A stretch of DNA of 64,000 nt from an uncultured Fibrobacterota bacterium (GTDB lineage Bacteria > Fibrobacterota > Chitinivibrionia > Chitinivibrionales > FEN-1185). The DNA lies in assembly GCA_963729895.1 (NCBI GenBank), contig CAVSQB010000002.1, positions 32,001 to 96,000 on the forward strand. Direction: 5' to 3'. A program made the position numbers and the translations under genes. The notes below the pieces were generated by a model. The model had not been told where the DNA came from, made no database searches, and was given only the letters and a program-made list of their open reading frames with translations. This document shows positions 39,036-50,413 of this stretch, in pieces. Numbering within the stretch: the stretch's first letter is position 1; each line of letters starts with the position of its first letter.

Positions 39036-40322
39036 TTATCGGTCACGTTTGTACGGGCACCGCTTTTCCGCAATGTGCCGTTCGAAATCTTCACGAAAGT
39101 ACTTGAGCGCGCTTTGCAGCGGTTCCACCGCGCCCGGCGCCAAAGCGCAGAACGTGCGCCCGGGCCCCAGCAGTCTGCAATGGAGTTCGAGCCTGTCAAG
39201 GTCTTGGGGCCGCCCCTTTCCACGCTCGATGTCGTCGAGAATGTTGCGCGTCCAGGGCAGTCCGTCGCGACACGGCGTGCACCAGCCGCACGATTCGCGT
39301 GCGAAGAACGAGACAAGGTTGTGCACCATCGCAACGGGGCACGTGCGGTCGTCAAGCACGATGACGGTTCCGGTCCCCAACCTGCTCCCGGCGCCTTGCA
39401 GGGCGTCGAAATCCATGGGAATATCGAGGTGCTTGTCTGTCAAGAAATCGGTGGATGCGCCGCCCGGCAAGAAGCCGCGCAGGTTGTATCCGCTTGTCAT
39501 GCCGCCGGCGTGTTTTTCGATCAGCTCGCGCGCGGTGGTACCCATGGGCAGCTCCCAAAGGCCGGGCGCACGCACCCTGCCGCTTGCACCGTACAGCTTG
39601 GTACCGCCGTCGCCGGTTTTCGACAGCGCCTTGAACCATGCGGCGCCGGCGGCAAGAATCGGCGGCACGTTGCACACGGTTTCCACATTGTTAACAACCG
39701 TCGGCCTGCCGCACAGCCCCACCACCTGCGGAAACGGCGGCTTGCTGCGCGGAGACGCGCGTTTGCCAGCCAGCGCGTTGAGCAGGCCGGTCTCCTCCCC
39801 GCACATGTACCTGCCGAAACTTGTATGCACATGAACGCGGGCGCAGAACCGTGATCCCAGAATGTTGTCGCCGATGTACCCGCGAGCCTGCGCTTCGGCA
39901 ATCGCTGTTGTCAACCTTTGCGCCGCTTTTTTGTAGGCCCACCGCACGAACAGGTACACCGTATCGGCCTGGATTGCGAACGCCGCGGCAAGCGCGCCTT
40001 CCAGGACCAGGTGCGGGTTGCGTTCGAGAAGCAGCCTGTCCTTGAACGCGCCCGGCTCCATTTCGTCGGCATTGACGACCAGGAATGCCGCACCGTTTCT
40101 CTTGTCCGGCGGCGGTACAAAACTCCATTTCTTCCCTGTTGGAAAACCGGCGCCTCCCCTGCCTTTGAGGTTCGATTCGGTGACCGCGGCCACCACCTCT
40201 CCGGGCGTCATTGCGGTGACGGCCGTGCGCAGCGCCGCGTATCCGCCCGCGTCCTGGTATTCGTCAATCGACAGGGCTTCGCCGGTCGCTTTCATGGCAT
40301 GGGTAAGCGGCAAATGGACCAT
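39036..40322 (-). CDS. nuoF: NADH-quinone oxidoreductase subunit F
   Basis: GRGGAGFPTG, NADEMEPG, CGEETGL, ESCGWCTPCRDG. Confidence 0.95.
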   Translation of the reverse strand: MVHLPLTHAMKATGEALSIDEYQDAGGYAALRTAVTAMTPGEVVAAVTESNLKGRGGAGFPTGKKWSFVPPPDKRNGAAFLVVNADEMEPGAFKDRLLLERNPHLVLEGALAAAFAIQADTVYLFVRWAYKKAAQRLTTAIAEAQARGYIGDNILGSRFCARVHVHTSFGRYMCGEETGLLNALAGKRASPRSKPPFPQVVGLCGRPTVVNNVETVCNVPPILAAGAAWFKALSKTGDGGTKLYGASGRVRAPGLWELPMGTTARELIEKHAGGMTSGYNLRGFLPGGASTDFLTDKHLDIPMDFDALQGAGSRLGTGTVIVLDDRTCPVAMVHNLVSFFARESCGWCTPCRDGLPWTRNILDDIERGKGRPQDLDRLELHCRLLGPGRTFCALAPGAVEPLQSALKYFREDFERHIAEKRCPYKRDR

Positions 40323-40834
40323 TAGAGTGCGCGCCCTGTTGCGTCCGGGGAAGGCGCCGTGCGCGCATTCCTGTAACGGTCGATCACTTCGTCAATGCTT
40401 TGCCGCGTGAGGTCGCCGAAAAGTTCCCCGTCGACCATCATGGCGGGCGCATGGTCGCAGGCGCCGAGGCACGCGGACGGCAGGAGCGTAAACATTCCGT
40501 CCTTGGTTGTTTGCCCAAAGGCGGAAATCTCCAGCTTTGTCAACAAATGGTTGAGCAGGTATTCATAGTCCATAATCCAGCAGCTCACGCTGTCGCACAA
40601 CAGGATCACGTGCCTGCCCACAGGCGAGCGGTAGATGCGGTTGTAAAAGGTGGCGATCGAGTCGAGCTCGGCCGGGGACATGTTGAGGTGGTCCGCAACG
40701 TCTTTGAGGCTTTCGCCAGAAATCCATCCCCTTCTCCGCTGGACCACGCCCAGCGCGTGCGGCGCGACGGCGCGCACGGACGGCGCCGAACCGCATTCCG
40801 CGTTGATCGCGTCCTTTTCTTCCTGTGTCAACAT
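40322..40834 (-). CDS. nuoE: NADH-quinone oxidoreductase subunit E
   Basis: ATFY, CDSVSC, CLGACDHAP. Confidence 0.93.
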   Translation of the reverse strand: MLTQEEKDAINAECGSAPSVRAVAPHALGVVQRRRGWISGESLKDVADHLNMSPAELDSIATFYNRIYRSPVGRHVILLCDSVSCWIMDYEYLLNHLLTKLEISAFGQTTKDGMFTLLPSACLGACDHAPAMMVDGELFGDLTRQSIDEVIDRYRNARTAPSPDATGRAL

Positions 40835-40844
40835 ACGTTCCCCC

Positions 40845-42593
40845 TTACCGGTCGACGTCGGCCAGTACAAAATCAACTGCGCCCAGGATGGCGATAAGAT
40901 CGGACAGCATGGCGCCCTTGCATAACATCGGCAGCATCTGCACGTGCGCAAACGAGGGCGTGCGGATGCGCGTACGGTACGAGGCCGTTCCGCCGTCGCT
41001 TATGACGTGGAACCCGGAGACCCCTTTGGCGGCCTCGATTGCCGCATGCGCCTCGCCCGCCTGGACAACGGGCCCCCAGGTTACCGAAAGAAAATGCGTA
41101 ATAAGCGTTTCTATGTCGTGCATGGTCCTTTCCTTGCGGGGCGGGGACGCCAGCGGATGGTCCGATTTGTAATCGCCGGCCGGCATGTTATTGCGGCATT
41201 GGTCCACAATGCGCAGGCTTTGCCGCATTTCTTCGACCCGCACCGACGCACGGTCGTAACAATCCCCGTTGTGCGCAAGGGGGACTTCAAAGTCGTACTG
41301 TTCGTATCCCGAATACGGGCGCTTTTTGCGCATGTCCCACGAAAACCCGCATGCGCGCAAACCGGGCCCGGTAACGCCCCAATCAACCGCTTCCTCTTGT
41401 GTAAACGCGCCGATGCCCCTCGTGCGGCTCTTGAAGATGGGATTCTTGAGCACAAGCGTATCGTATTCCTTGAGCCTGCGCGGGAGCCACTGCAACAGGC
41501 CGTCAACTAGACCCTCCCATCCTTGGGGCAAATCATCGGCGACGCCGCCTATTCTGAACCAGTTGGGATGCATGCGCGCGCCGCACACGGCCTCGATGAT
41601 CTCCAGCACGCGTTCGCGGTCTGTAAACATGTAGAACACCGGCGACATTGCTCCCATGTCCTGGGCAAAGGTGCCGTAGAACACCAGATGGCTTGCGATG
41701 CGGAACAGCTCGGCCAGCATGACGCGGATGCACTGGGCGCGCGGCGGTACCGGCACGCCCGCGAGTTTTTCGATTGCCATCACGTAGGCAAAGTTATTTA
41801 TCACCCCGCCCAGATAATCGACCCGGTCGGTGTAGGGGATAAACGTGTGCCACGTCTGGCGCTCGGCCATTTTTTCCGCGCCGCGGTGATGATAGCCGAT
41901 GTCGGGAACGGCGTTTTCTATTATCTCTCCGTCAAGCTGGCATATTATCCTGAACAGCCCGTGCGTGCCGGTGTGGTGCGGACCGATATTGAGGAACAAA
42001 TAGTCGCTGTCGCCGCCGTGGCGCGCAAGCCCCCAGTGCGAGGGGTCGAATTGAAGCTCGGAAAGGCGCTCGTTTGCCGTTTCGGCCGTGAGGGAAAACG
42101 GCGGCATTTCGGTGGCACGCGCCGGATAATCTTTGCGCAGGGGATGCCCCTGCCACCACGGCGGCATCAGGATGCGGCTGAGGCCGGGGTGGCCGTCGAA
42201 CCGCACCCCGAACATGTCCCACGCTTCGCGCTCGTACCAGTTTGCCGCGGGCCAGATGCCGGTGACGCTATTGACAGATAGAGAATCGTCCGGCACCGGC
42301 ACCTTGACGCGGATATCGCTGTTGCGATCGAACGACAGCAGGTGGTACACGACGGTGAAGCCTCCCACAGGCTGGGCCGGCCGGTGTTCCCGCATCCGCT
42401 CGTCGACGGCAAAGAGATCGTACAGCATGGGATACGGTTGATTGATGCCGGTCTTGAGGTACCGCAGAATATCCGCAGCGCGGTCCCTGGTTGCCCAGAG
42501 GGTTGGCACGCCGTCGGAAACGGGCTGCCATGCCGCGATTGCATCGCCGAACCGCAGAGTGAGATCCTGCCGCATATCTGAGTCGTTTACCAT
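40845..42593 (-). CDS. nuoC: NADH-quinone oxidoreductase fused subunit C/D
   Basis: [50 protein letters not shown] in one ORF. Confidence 0.95.
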   Translation of the reverse strand: MVNDSDMRQDLTLRFGDAIAAWQPVSDGVPTLWATRDRAADILRYLKTGINQPYPMLYDLFAVDERMREHRPAQPVGGFTVVYHLLSFDRNSDIRVKVPVPDDSLSVNSVTGIWPAANWYEREAWDMFGVRFDGHPGLSRILMPPWWQGHPLRKDYPARATEMPPFSLTAETANERLSELQFDPSHWGLARHGGDSDYLFLNIGPHHTGTHGLFRIICQLDGEIIENAVPDIGYHHRGAEKMAERQTWHTFIPYTDRVDYLGGVINNFAYVMAIEKLAGVPVPPRAQCIRVMLAELFRIASHLVFYGTFAQDMGAMSPVFYMFTDRERVLEIIEAVCGARMHPNWFRIGGVADDLPQGWEGLVDGLLQWLPRRLKEYDTLVLKNPIFKSRTRGIGAFTQEEAVDWGVTGPGLRACGFSWDMRKKRPYSGYEQYDFEVPLAHNGDCYDRASVRVEEMRQSLRIVDQCRNNMPAGDYKSDHPLASPPRKERTMHDIETLITHFLSVTWGPVVQAGEAHAAIEAAKGVSGFHVISDGGTASYRTRIRTPSFAHVQMLPMLCKGAMLSDLIAILGAVDFVLADVDR

Positions 42594-42606
42594 CAAGGCC
42601 GTGCTC

Positions 42607-43209
42607 CTACACCGTGTTTGGCGGCCGCAGCTCCGTCGCGTTTTGCCGCGACTGCCGTTTCTCGTCCCGCATGCATGGAAGCGCCGGCCGGCGGGTGGTC
42701 TGGTCGCCCGCCGCCCACGTCAGCGGCCTCCGTTCCGATCCGACAAGTTTGCTCAGCAAAAGCAGCCCTTCCATGAACGCCTCCGGCCGCGGCGGACATC
42801 CGGGGACGTACACGTCAACGGGAAGGATGCGATCGACGCCCTGAACGACGCTGTAGATATCGTACATTCCCCCGGAGTTTGCGCACGAACCCATGGATAT
42901 GACCCAGCGCGGTTCCATCATCTGGTCGTACAACCTGCGGACCACGGGTGCAATCTTGACGAACACCGTTCCCGCGACAATCATGAGATCAGCCTCGCGC
43001 GGGCTTGCGCGAATCACTTCGGCGCCGAACCGCGCAATGTCGTATTTACTGGTGAGACTTGTGGCCATTTCCACATAGCAGCACGACAAACCGAAATTGA
43101 ACGGCCAGATCGAATTCTTTCTTCCCCAGGCGAGCATGCTTTGCAGCCGAGAGAATACAATGCCGGCCGCGCCGGGATCAAGCGGGGTCTGGTCAGTTCT
43201 GAGAGTCAT
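42607..43209 (-). CDS. nuoB: NADH-quinone oxidoreductase subunit B
   Basis: [29 protein letters not shown]. Confidence 0.95.
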   Translation of the reverse strand: MTLRTDQTPLDPGAAGIVFSRLQSMLAWGRKNSIWPFNFGLSCCYVEMATSLTSKYDIARFGAEVIRASPREADLMIVAGTVFVKIAPVVRRLYDQMMEPRWVISMGSCANSGGMYDIYSVVQGVDRILPVDVYVPGCPPRPEAFMEGLLLLSKLVGSERRPLTWAAGDQTTRRPALPCMRDEKRQSRQNATELRPPNTV

Positions 43210-43645
43210 CGCCACTCCTGCCGGCCGACCGCCCGGCTGCCCTCTGCGCCGGCGTGGTTCTCCTGCCTGCCGCGCCCCAATCAAGCGCTCCCTCATGCCA
43301 AAGGTAAAAAAGCCCGGCCAGGAGCACGCTGATAAATATGAGCATTTCCACAAATGCCGGCCACCCTGCCTCCTTGAGCGAAACGGCCCAGGCAAAAATG
43401 AATGCCGCTTCAAGGTCGAAAATGAGAAAGAACATTGCCACCAGATAGTAGGAAACAGATAGGTGAATGTGCGTGGAACCTGTGGGCGTCATTCCCGATT
43501 CGTACGACGGGGTTGTCGGTCGGTGTTTGCGCCTGCCGCCCGCAAAGCGGGAGGTAACGACCATGCTGCACACAATCACTGCCACTGCCGCGGAGTACAA
43601 GACGAGCGGTGTGAGCGGGGATATTGGCAATGCATTGTGGTTCAT
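43193..43645 (-). CDS. nuoA: NADH-quinone oxidoreductase subunit A
   Basis: [23 protein letters not shown]. Confidence 0.92.
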   Translation of the reverse strand: MNHNALPISPLTPLVLYSAAVAVIVCSMVVTSRFAGGRRKHRPTTPSYESGMTPTGSTHIHLSVSYYLVAMFFLIFDLEAAFIFAWAVSLKEAGWPAFVEMLIFISVLLAGLFYLWHEGALDWGAAGRRTTPAQRAAGRSAGRSGDDSQN

Positions 43646-43955
43646 CGTGGTGAGCCGCGAAGTATTGAACAGTGAGCAATCAATATAAATGAACTCTCCA
43701 AAAACGCAAATAGTATACCATGCGGGCCGGAATCCTTGTTGGAGCCGAATTGCGGGAAGCCTTGATTTCCTGCTACCGTGAACGAGCATTGTCTCAAAAC
43801 CCATTTGATCCGGTTAACAGGTTGGAAAAACAAGAGGACGGTTTCAAATTTCGCAAAAGTGGGGACCAAAATTCGCAGAAACGGGAAAGGCCCCGCATTA
43901 ACGATTATTACGAACGCCCCTTAACATTCGCGGCGCACTGTCCCAAACTGCCGGA

Positions 43956-44813
43956 CTACGGCTTAACCGTCGTCCTGAGATACTCCAGAATATCGCGAGC
44001 CTGTGCGCTGTCGAGCCTGGTTTGCGGCATGGCAAGGCCGCCGTAATCGCGGACCATTTTTTTTACAAAGGAATCCTTGGATTCCATGCCACCGGGGTTG
44101 AGCACCATGTTCACGATGTACTCGGGCGCACGCATGCCGAAGATGCCGCCGAGCGGAGGGGCCGTAAGGGGCACATACAGGGCGTGGCATAAGACGCATT
44201 TGCTTTTGAAGAGCGCCTCGCCGCTCGAGGCCATGGCGCCGTTTACCGGTCCCAGCACAATCTGCATGACGGGACCGACGCCCTTGTCGCTACGCTCCAA
44301 AACCTGCATGCCCAGCCCCTGCGTAAGATCGCGGTATTGCCCGGGGGTGAGGGAAGGAAGCCGTTTGACCAGCGCCGTGATGTCCCACAGCACCGAATCC
44401 GGGTACGAGGGGCCGAACGCCGGCATGCCGGTCATCTTGACGCCACTCTTGATAAACACGAAAACCTCGGAGGCGGTCCAGCCGGAATTTCCGGCCCACA
44501 AGAGCGGCGGGGCCGGGTTGAGCCCGATCCCGACCCCGGACTGCGGTACGCCGGGCGCGCCGTGGCACATCACGCATAACCCTTGGTACGGGCCCGCACC
44601 CGCGAGCGCCCGTTCGGGCAAAGAAATGTCGGGCGGCCGAACGTTTTTGCTATGCCGCCGCACCGAGTATTTCGACCCGGTAAAGAGTACCCAGTCCATT
44701 CCCGGCGGGTCCGGGTTGGTGGCGGCGACGCTGATGATGCCGGAATAGAGGATGGAGAAGAACCCGGCGACGCCAAGGACGATGGCGCACGACACTGCTA
44801 TGACGATTTTCAT
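43956..44813 (-). CDS. Membrane-anchored dihaem c-type cytochrome
   Basis: N-terminal hydrophobic helix; CVMCH...MTGMPAFG and CVLCH...LAMP. Confidence 0.85.
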   Translation of the reverse strand: MKIVIAVSCAIVLGVAGFFSILYSGIISVAATNPDPPGMDWVLFTGSKYSVRRHSKNVRPPDISLPERALAGAGPYQGLCVMCHGAPGVPQSGVGIGLNPAPPLLWAGNSGWTASEVFVFIKSGVKMTGMPAFGPSYPDSVLWDITALVKRLPSLTPGQYRDLTQGLGMQVLERSDKGVGPVMQIVLGPVNGAMASSGEALFKSKCVLCHALYVPLTAPPLGGIFGMRAPEYIVNMVLNPGGMESKDSFVKKMVRDYGGLAMPQTRLDSAQARDILEYLRTTVKP

Positions 44814-44851
44814 CGAATCTCCTTAATCAAGCGCTCCTGGAGCGCAGCTTC

Positions 44852-45979
44852 TTACCTCGGAACCGGAGCGCGATGCCGGGCCAGCGCCGCGATGACCGCA
44901 TCGTAGGCATCGTTGAACTTGATAATCCCCTCGTTTTCGAGGCGCTGTGTCTGTTTGTCGAGATCGATGCCGACATCGGCGAGGCGGGCCAGCGTTGTGC
45001 GGGCGTTTCCCAGGCCCTGCTCCAGGCGCGGCGCAGGATCGCCATGATCGCGATAGGCGGCAAGCGTTTCGATGGGAACAGTGGTAATGGAATGAGGCCC
45101 GATGAGCGGCTCGACGTACTTGACGTCGCTGTACGCAGGATTCTTGGTGCCGGTGCTCGCCCACAATACTTTCTGCACACGCCCGCCCCTGGCGGCAACC
45201 GCCCCGAACCGTGCGCCAAAAAAGATTTCCCTGAACGTGCGGTATGCTTCCTTGGCGCTTGCGATCGCAATCTTGCCAGCAAGCGACCGGGCAATTTCGC
45301 CCACTGCGCCGCCCGCTTGCGCGGTCGATTGGAGTAGGGGATCCAGAAGACCGTCAATACGGCTGAGAAAGAAACTCGCCACGGATGCCACATTGTCAAT
45401 GGGTAACCCGTTTTTGGCGCGGTCTTCGAGCCCGGCGCAGTATGCCGACGCAGTCTCTCGATAGCGGGGTATTCCGAACAGGAGCGTAATGTTCACGTTG
45501 ATTCCCTCGGAAATGAGCTGCCGCACGGCAACAAGTCCTTGCGATGTCCCCGGAACCTTGATAAGCAGATTGGGGCGGCCCACGCGTTTCCACAAGTGAC
45601 GCGCCTCGACCACGGTCCCCTGCGCGTCGTGAGCGAGATGGGGCGAAACTTCGAGGCTCACGTATCCGTCGTCGCCTTTGGAGCCCGCGTAGACCGGCGC
45701 GAGGAGATCGGCGGCCGCCGTGACGTCTTCAACGATGAGCGACGTACAGATTTCGGCCTCGCCCGCGCCGGTCACGGCCAGTGCGTCTATGGCCGCATCG
45801 TATCTGTTCGACGACGAGAGCGCCTTTTGAAAAATGGCGGGGTTGTCGGTGACGCCGCTCACGCCGTCGCCGCTGATCATGCGCGCCAACTCGCCTGTTT
45901 CGAGCGTCTCGCGGCTCAGGTAGTCGAGCCACAGGCTCTGTCCGCAGCGTGTGAGGCCGGCCAACGGGCTAGTGTCCAT
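44852..45979 (-). CDS. tal: Transaldolase
   Basis: GQSLWLD, GVTDNPAIF, VSLEVSP, LIKVP, VNITLLF, SFFLSR, LWASTGTK. Confidence 0.93.
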   Translation of the reverse strand: MDTSPLAGLTRCGQSLWLDYLSRETLETGELARMISGDGVSGVTDNPAIFQKALSSSNRYDAAIDALAVTGAGEAEICTSLIVEDVTAAADLLAPVYAGSKGDDGYVSLEVSPHLAHDAQGTVVEARHLWKRVGRPNLLIKVPGTSQGLVAVRQLISEGINVNITLLFGIPRYRETASAYCAGLEDRAKNGLPIDNVASVASFFLSRIDGLLDPLLQSTAQAGGAVGEIARSLAGKIAIASAKEAYRTFREIFFGARFGAVAARGGRVQKVLWASTGTKNPAYSDVKYVEPLIGPHSITTVPIETLAAYRDHGDPAPRLEQGLGNARTTLARLADVGIDLDKQTQRLENEGIIKFNDAYDAVIAALARHRAPVPR

Positions 45980-46442
45980 GAGGAGTTCCTTTCGCGACTG
46001 CCGCCTCAAGGCCGCCCAGTTTTTCAAGACGGCGGAGGAACCGTTTTTCCTGTCCGAACTGCGCGTTTACAAACGCGTCAATGAGCTCCCATGCCAGCGC
46101 AGGCCCTATCACGCGCCCGCCGAGGCACAGCACGTTCATGTGATCGTCCTGCACGCCCTGGCGCGCCGTGTAAACGTCCGACACGAGGGCGGCGCGCACG
46201 CCGGGGACCTTGTTTGCCGCGATGCAGGCGCCCACGCCGCTTCCGCAGACGGCAATGCCGCGCTCAACGCTTCCGTCGGCGACGGCCTGCGCCATGGGAA
46301 CCACAAAGTCGGGGAAATCGTCTTCCTGCCCCAGGTAATATGCTCCGAAATCCACCACGTCGTGGCCGTGTTTGGCAAGCTCGTCTTCGAGGTCTTCCTT
46401 GAGGACGTAGCCGCCGTGATCGACTGCAATGCCGATTTTCAT
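45969..46442 (-). CDS. rpiB: Ribose 5-phosphate isomerase B
   Basis: [29 protein letters not shown]. Confidence 0.93.
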   Translation of the reverse strand: MKIGIAVDHGGYVLKEDLEDELAKHGHDVVDFGAYYLGQEDDFPDFVVPMAQAVADGSVERGIAVCGSGVGACIAANKVPGVRAALVSDVYTARQGVQDDHMNVLCLGGRVIGPALAWELIDAFVNAQFGQEKRFLRRLEKLGGLEAAVAKGTPHGH

Positions 46443-48541
46443 GGCGCCTCCTGAGGAACGCCGCGTGCCGCCATGGCAAGCAGGCGCTCCGCAATAGTAT
46501 CTTTTGTGAATCCATACACGGCCATTAATTCCGGGCCGGGGGCCGACCGGCCGAACCCGGTTATTCCCAGAATTTCGCCCCTGTCGCCCGTGTATTTGTG
46601 CCATCCTTGGGGAGAGCCAGCCTCGACCGCAAGCCGTAACCCCACGCGTGGATCGAGGACCGAATCGCGGTAGTCGCGGGGCTGGGCGTCGAAAAGTTCC
46701 CAGCTCGGCATGGACACGACCCGCACGCGGACCCCGCGCTGTGCACATTGCGCTGCTGCCTCGCACGCCGGGCCGACTTCCGAGCCGCTCGCAACAACGA
46801 TCGCGTCCGGCCTGCCCTGCAGCGCGTCGGCGAGCACATAGCCGCCGCGCCTGAGGCCCTCCGCCGGAGCGTACACATTCCGGTCGAGCGTCGGCACATT
46901 TTGACGGGTGAGAATGAGGGCAATGGGCCGGTCGCGCGTTTCCAGCGCAACCTCCCAGGCGACTGCGGTCTCATTGGCATCGGCGGGACGGATCACCACG
47001 ATCCGCGGAATGGCGCGCAGGGCCGCGAGTTGTTCCACGGGCTGGTGCGTGGTCCCGTCTTCACCGAGGGCGATGCTGTCGTGTGTAAACACGTATATCG
47101 CCTGGAGCCGCATGATCGCCGCAAGCCGGAGGGAAGGCCGCACGTAATCGGAGAAAATGAGAAACGTGGCCCCAAACGGAATGATGCCGCCGTGAACCGC
47201 CAGCCCGTTGAGGACGGCGCCCATGGCGTGCTCCCGCACGCCAAAATGAATATTCCTGCCCGCGCGGCTCCAACCGCCGCCGGCAGAGCCCTGTCGGTCC
47301 GGATAGCCGTCGCCGCCGTATTCAAAATCGCCCGCATCGGCAAGCGTGGTGAAAGTCGACGGATCGAGGTCTGCGCTGCCGCCCATAAGCGCCGGCACGC
47401 GGCCGGCAACCGCGTTGAGCACCTTTCCGGATGCGACTCTTGTGGCCATGCCTTTTGCGTCGGGCGGGAATACGGGAATGCCGCCTTTCCATCCTTCTGA
47501 CAATTCCCCTCCGGTTTGCTTCCGGAATTCCTCGGCAAGGCCGGGAAATTTCTTCCGGTATTCCGCGAAGAGAGACCGCCACTCGTTTTCGGCCTGCGTT
47601 CCCCGTCCCATGCACTCACGGAAATGCGTGTAGGCGGCCTCGGGAACGTAAAACGGGGGATCGGGAGGCCACCCGAGGGCCGCCTTTGTCAGCTTCACTT
47701 CCTCTTCTCCGAGAGGCGAGCCGTGCGATTCCACTTTGTCCTGCTTATGGGGAGATCCGAATCCGATGTGCGTTCGTACCCTGATAATGGAAGGTCGCAT
47801 GGTTTCGGCCTTGGCGCGGGCAATTGCACGTGCCACTTCTTCGACATCGTTCCCGTCTTCAACGTACTGCGTATGCCAGCCGTACGATTCGAACCGCTTC
47901 ATGGAGTCGTCGGAGAAGGCGAGCGATGTGGATGCCGAAAGCGTGATCCGGTTGTCGTCGTACAGATACACCAGTTTTCCGAGCCGTAGGTGGCCCGCCA
48001 GCGAAGCCGCTTCGGCGGCAACGCCTTCCATCAGGTCGCCGTCGCTCACAATTGCATAGGTACAATGGTTGACAATATCAAACCCGTCCCGGTTGTAACG
48101 CGCGGCAAGATTGGCCTCGGCGATTGCCATGCCCACGCCGTTTGCAAATCCCTGTCCCAGCGGCCCAGTGGTGACGTCCACGCCCGGCGTGAGCCCGTAT
48201 TCGGGATGTCCGGCAGTGATGCTGTCGCGCTGGCGGAAGCTGCGTATATCCTTCATGGAAACATTGAATCCGCATACGTGCAGCAGGCTGTACAGGAGCA
48301 TCGACCCATGGCCCGCAGAAAGCACAAACCGGTCGCGGTTGAACCACGAGGGCGCCGCAGGCGAGACGGTGAGGAACCGCGTCCAGAGCGTGTAGGCCAT
48401 GGCGGCCGCTCCCATGGGCATGCCTGGATGTCCGCTGTTCGCCTTCTGCACTGCGTCAATCGATAAGAAACGGAGCGTGTTGATGCACGCCGTGTCGATA
48501 GTCACCGCAGAAAGCATTGATCCGGGATTGTCGTTACTCAT
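46439..48541 (-). CDS. tkt: Transketolase
   Basis: [46 protein letters not shown]. An alternative GTG start lies at 48562. Confidence 0.95.
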   Translation of the reverse strand: MSNDNPGSMLSAVTIDTACINTLRFLSIDAVQKANSGHPGMPMGAAAMAYTLWTRFLTVSPAAPSWFNRDRFVLSAGHGSMLLYSLLHVCGFNVSMKDIRSFRQRDSITAGHPEYGLTPGVDVTTGPLGQGFANGVGMAIAEANLAARYNRDGFDIVNHCTYAIVSDGDLMEGVAAEAASLAGHLRLGKLVYLYDDNRITLSASTSLAFSDDSMKRFESYGWHTQYVEDGNDVEEVARAIARAKAETMRPSIIRVRTHIGFGSPHKQDKVESHGSPLGEEEVKLTKAALGWPPDPPFYVPEAAYTHFRECMGRGTQAENEWRSLFAEYRKKFPGLAEEFRKQTGGELSEGWKGGIPVFPPDAKGMATRVASGKVLNAVAGRVPALMGGSADLDPSTFTTLADAGDFEYGGDGYPDRQGSAGGGWSRAGRNIHFGVREHAMGAVLNGLAVHGGIIPFGATFLIFSDYVRPSLRLAAIMRLQAIYVFTHDSIALGEDGTTHQPVEQLAALRAIPRIVVIRPADANETAVAWEVALETRDRPIALILTRQNVPTLDRNVYAPAEGLRRGGYVLADALQGRPDAIVVASGSEVGPACEAAAQCAQRGVRVRVVSMPSWELFDAQPRDYRDSVLDPRVGLRLAVEAGSPQGWHKYTGDRGEILGITGFGRSAPGPELMAVYGFTKDTIAERLLAMAARGVPQEAP

Positions 48542-48927
48542 ATCATTGCGTCCGATTTCCACAAATTTTATCCGATTCTATGAGAAAAATCCTTTGCGCC
48601 ACTCATCTTGACCGCAAATTAAGTACCAAATGTGCCTCAACCGGCATTACTGAGTTCCATTGAAGTTTTCTCTCCCCGAAATCGGCGACAGGCTTCCCGA
48701 TTCGGAATAGTATCGGCACGCGCGCAGTTTCCGATTCGCGCTTGCCATCTATCGCAGTTTCATGTAGTTTCAGAAACTTGACTATGGCCCGATGTTTGCA
48801 TTAATGAAGGCAATCGACCACGGTCGCTGGCGGCCCGCGCCGGAAAATCCCCAAGGGTTGTGGTCCGGGTTTTTGCCCAGGCAATGAACTCAAAAGGCGG
48901 CCGGCACCATCAAACCGGACACCGCAT

Positions 48928-50055
48928 ATGAAAATAGCAGTACCCAAAGAAACCAAATCCAGAGAAAATCGCGTTGCGCTCACGCCCGACGTGGTGAAGT
49001 CGCTCGTTGCGGCAGGGTTCGAATGTATCGTCGAAACCGGGGCCGGGGCCGGGTGCTTTCTCGATGACACGGGCTACACGGGTGCGGGCGCGGCAATCGC
49101 CGTTGACGCCGCATCGGCCTCAGCGCAGGCCGATGCCGTGATACGGGTGAACCCGCCCCTGCCCGGGGAAATCGCGCTGATGAAAAGCGGCTGCGTGCTC
49201 ATTTCCTTCATGTTTGCCGCGACAAACCCGGCGCTCGTTGCAGCATGTGTCAAGCAGGGCGTGTCGAGCTTTTCCATGGACGCAATTCCCCGCATTTCAC
49301 GTGCGCAACGAATGGACGCCCTCAGTTCACAGGCCAACCTCGGGGGATACAAAGCCGTGCTGGTTGCGGCAAACGCGCTCGGGAAGGTGTTTCCGCTCCT
49401 CATGACCGCCGCCGGCACCATCCGGCCCGCAACCGTGGTCATCATGGGCGCGGGCGTCGCGGGACTGCAGGCGCTTGCGACGGCAAAACGCCTCGGAGCG
49501 ATTGTGGAGGTATCGGATATCCGCCCCGAAACGAAAGAACAGGTGGAATCTCTCGGCGGGAAATTTATCGAGGTGGCCGGCGACAATTCGCTCAAGGTGG
49601 AAGGCGGGTATGTGAAGGATGTCTCCGCCGAATTTCTCGCAAAGCAAAAGGAGCTCGTGGGCCGGCATATCGAGCAGGCCGATATCGTGATCACCACGGC
49701 GCAGGTCTCGGGAAAAAAGGCCCCCGTGCTCGTGACGCAGGACATGGTAAAGCGGATGCGCCCGGGATCGGTGATCCTCGACATGGCCGTGGAGCAGGGA
49801 GGCAACTGCGAAGGCAGCGAGCTTGACAAAGTAGTTGTGAAACACGGGGTCATCATCATCGGGGAATCAAACCTTCCCGGACTTCTTCCGCGCACGGCAA
49901 GCGACCTGTATGCGCGCAACGCAGAGGCATTCCTCACCCATGTGGCCAGAAAAGACGGGTTCATCTGGAATATGTCGGACGAAATCACAAAGGGTTCGCT
50001 CATCACGCACCAGGGCAAAGCGGTGCATCCGGGTTGCGAACCGGCAAAGCCCTGA
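48928..50055 (+). CDS. pntA: NAD(P) transhydrogenase subunit alpha, part 1
   Basis: ENRVALTP, IPRISRAQ.MDALSSQ, GAGVAGLQA, GGNC. Confidence 0.93.
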   Translation: MKIAVPKETKSRENRVALTPDVVKSLVAAGFECIVETGAGAGCFLDDTGYTGAGAAIAVDAASASAQADAVIRVNPPLPGEIALMKSGCVLISFMFAATNPALVAACVKQGVSSFSMDAIPRISRAQRMDALSSQANLGGYKAVLVAANALGKVFPLLMTAAGTIRPATVVIMGAGVAGLQALATAKRLGAIVEVSDIRPETKEQVESLGGKFIEVAGDNSLKVEGGYVKDVSAEFLAKQKELVGRHIEQADIVITTAQVSGKKAPVLVTQDMVKRMRPGSVILDMAVEQGGNCEGSELDKVVVKHGVIIIGESNLPGLLPRTASDLYARNAEAFLTHVARKDGFIWNMSDEITKGSLITHQGKAVHPGCEPAKP

Positions 50056-50092
50056 GGTCTAACCCGGCGACGCGCACAAGGAGACGGTACCA

Positions 50093-50413
50093 ATGGAACA
50101 GTTGATCGCCTTTACAGGCTCGCACATTCAGATGGTGTACATCCTGATACTCTCGGTCTTCCTCGGCGTGGTGGTGATCGGCGGCGTACCGAGCGTGCTC
50201 CATACGCCGCTCATGTCGGGGGCCAATGCCATCCACGGCGTGGTTATCGTGGGCGCGATTATCGTCGTGCTCAAAACCGGTCCGGGCGACTATGCGGCGC
50301 TGTGCGCGGGCTTTCTTGCCGTGGTGCTCGGAACGCTCAACGTGGTCGGCGGATTTGCGGTAACGGACCGCATGCTCGAAATGTTCAAACCCAAAAAGCG
50401 GCGCGCACCATGA
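50093..50413 (+). CDS. NAD(P) transhydrogenase subunit alpha, part 2 (membrane)
   Basis: LHTPLMSGANAIHG, NVVGGF.VT.RML.MF. Confidence 0.93.
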   Translation: MEQLIAFTGSHIQMVYILILSVFLGVVVIGGVPSVLHTPLMSGANAIHGVVIVGAIIVVLKTGPGDYAALCAGFLAVVLGTLNVVGGFAVTDRMLEMFKPKKRRAP

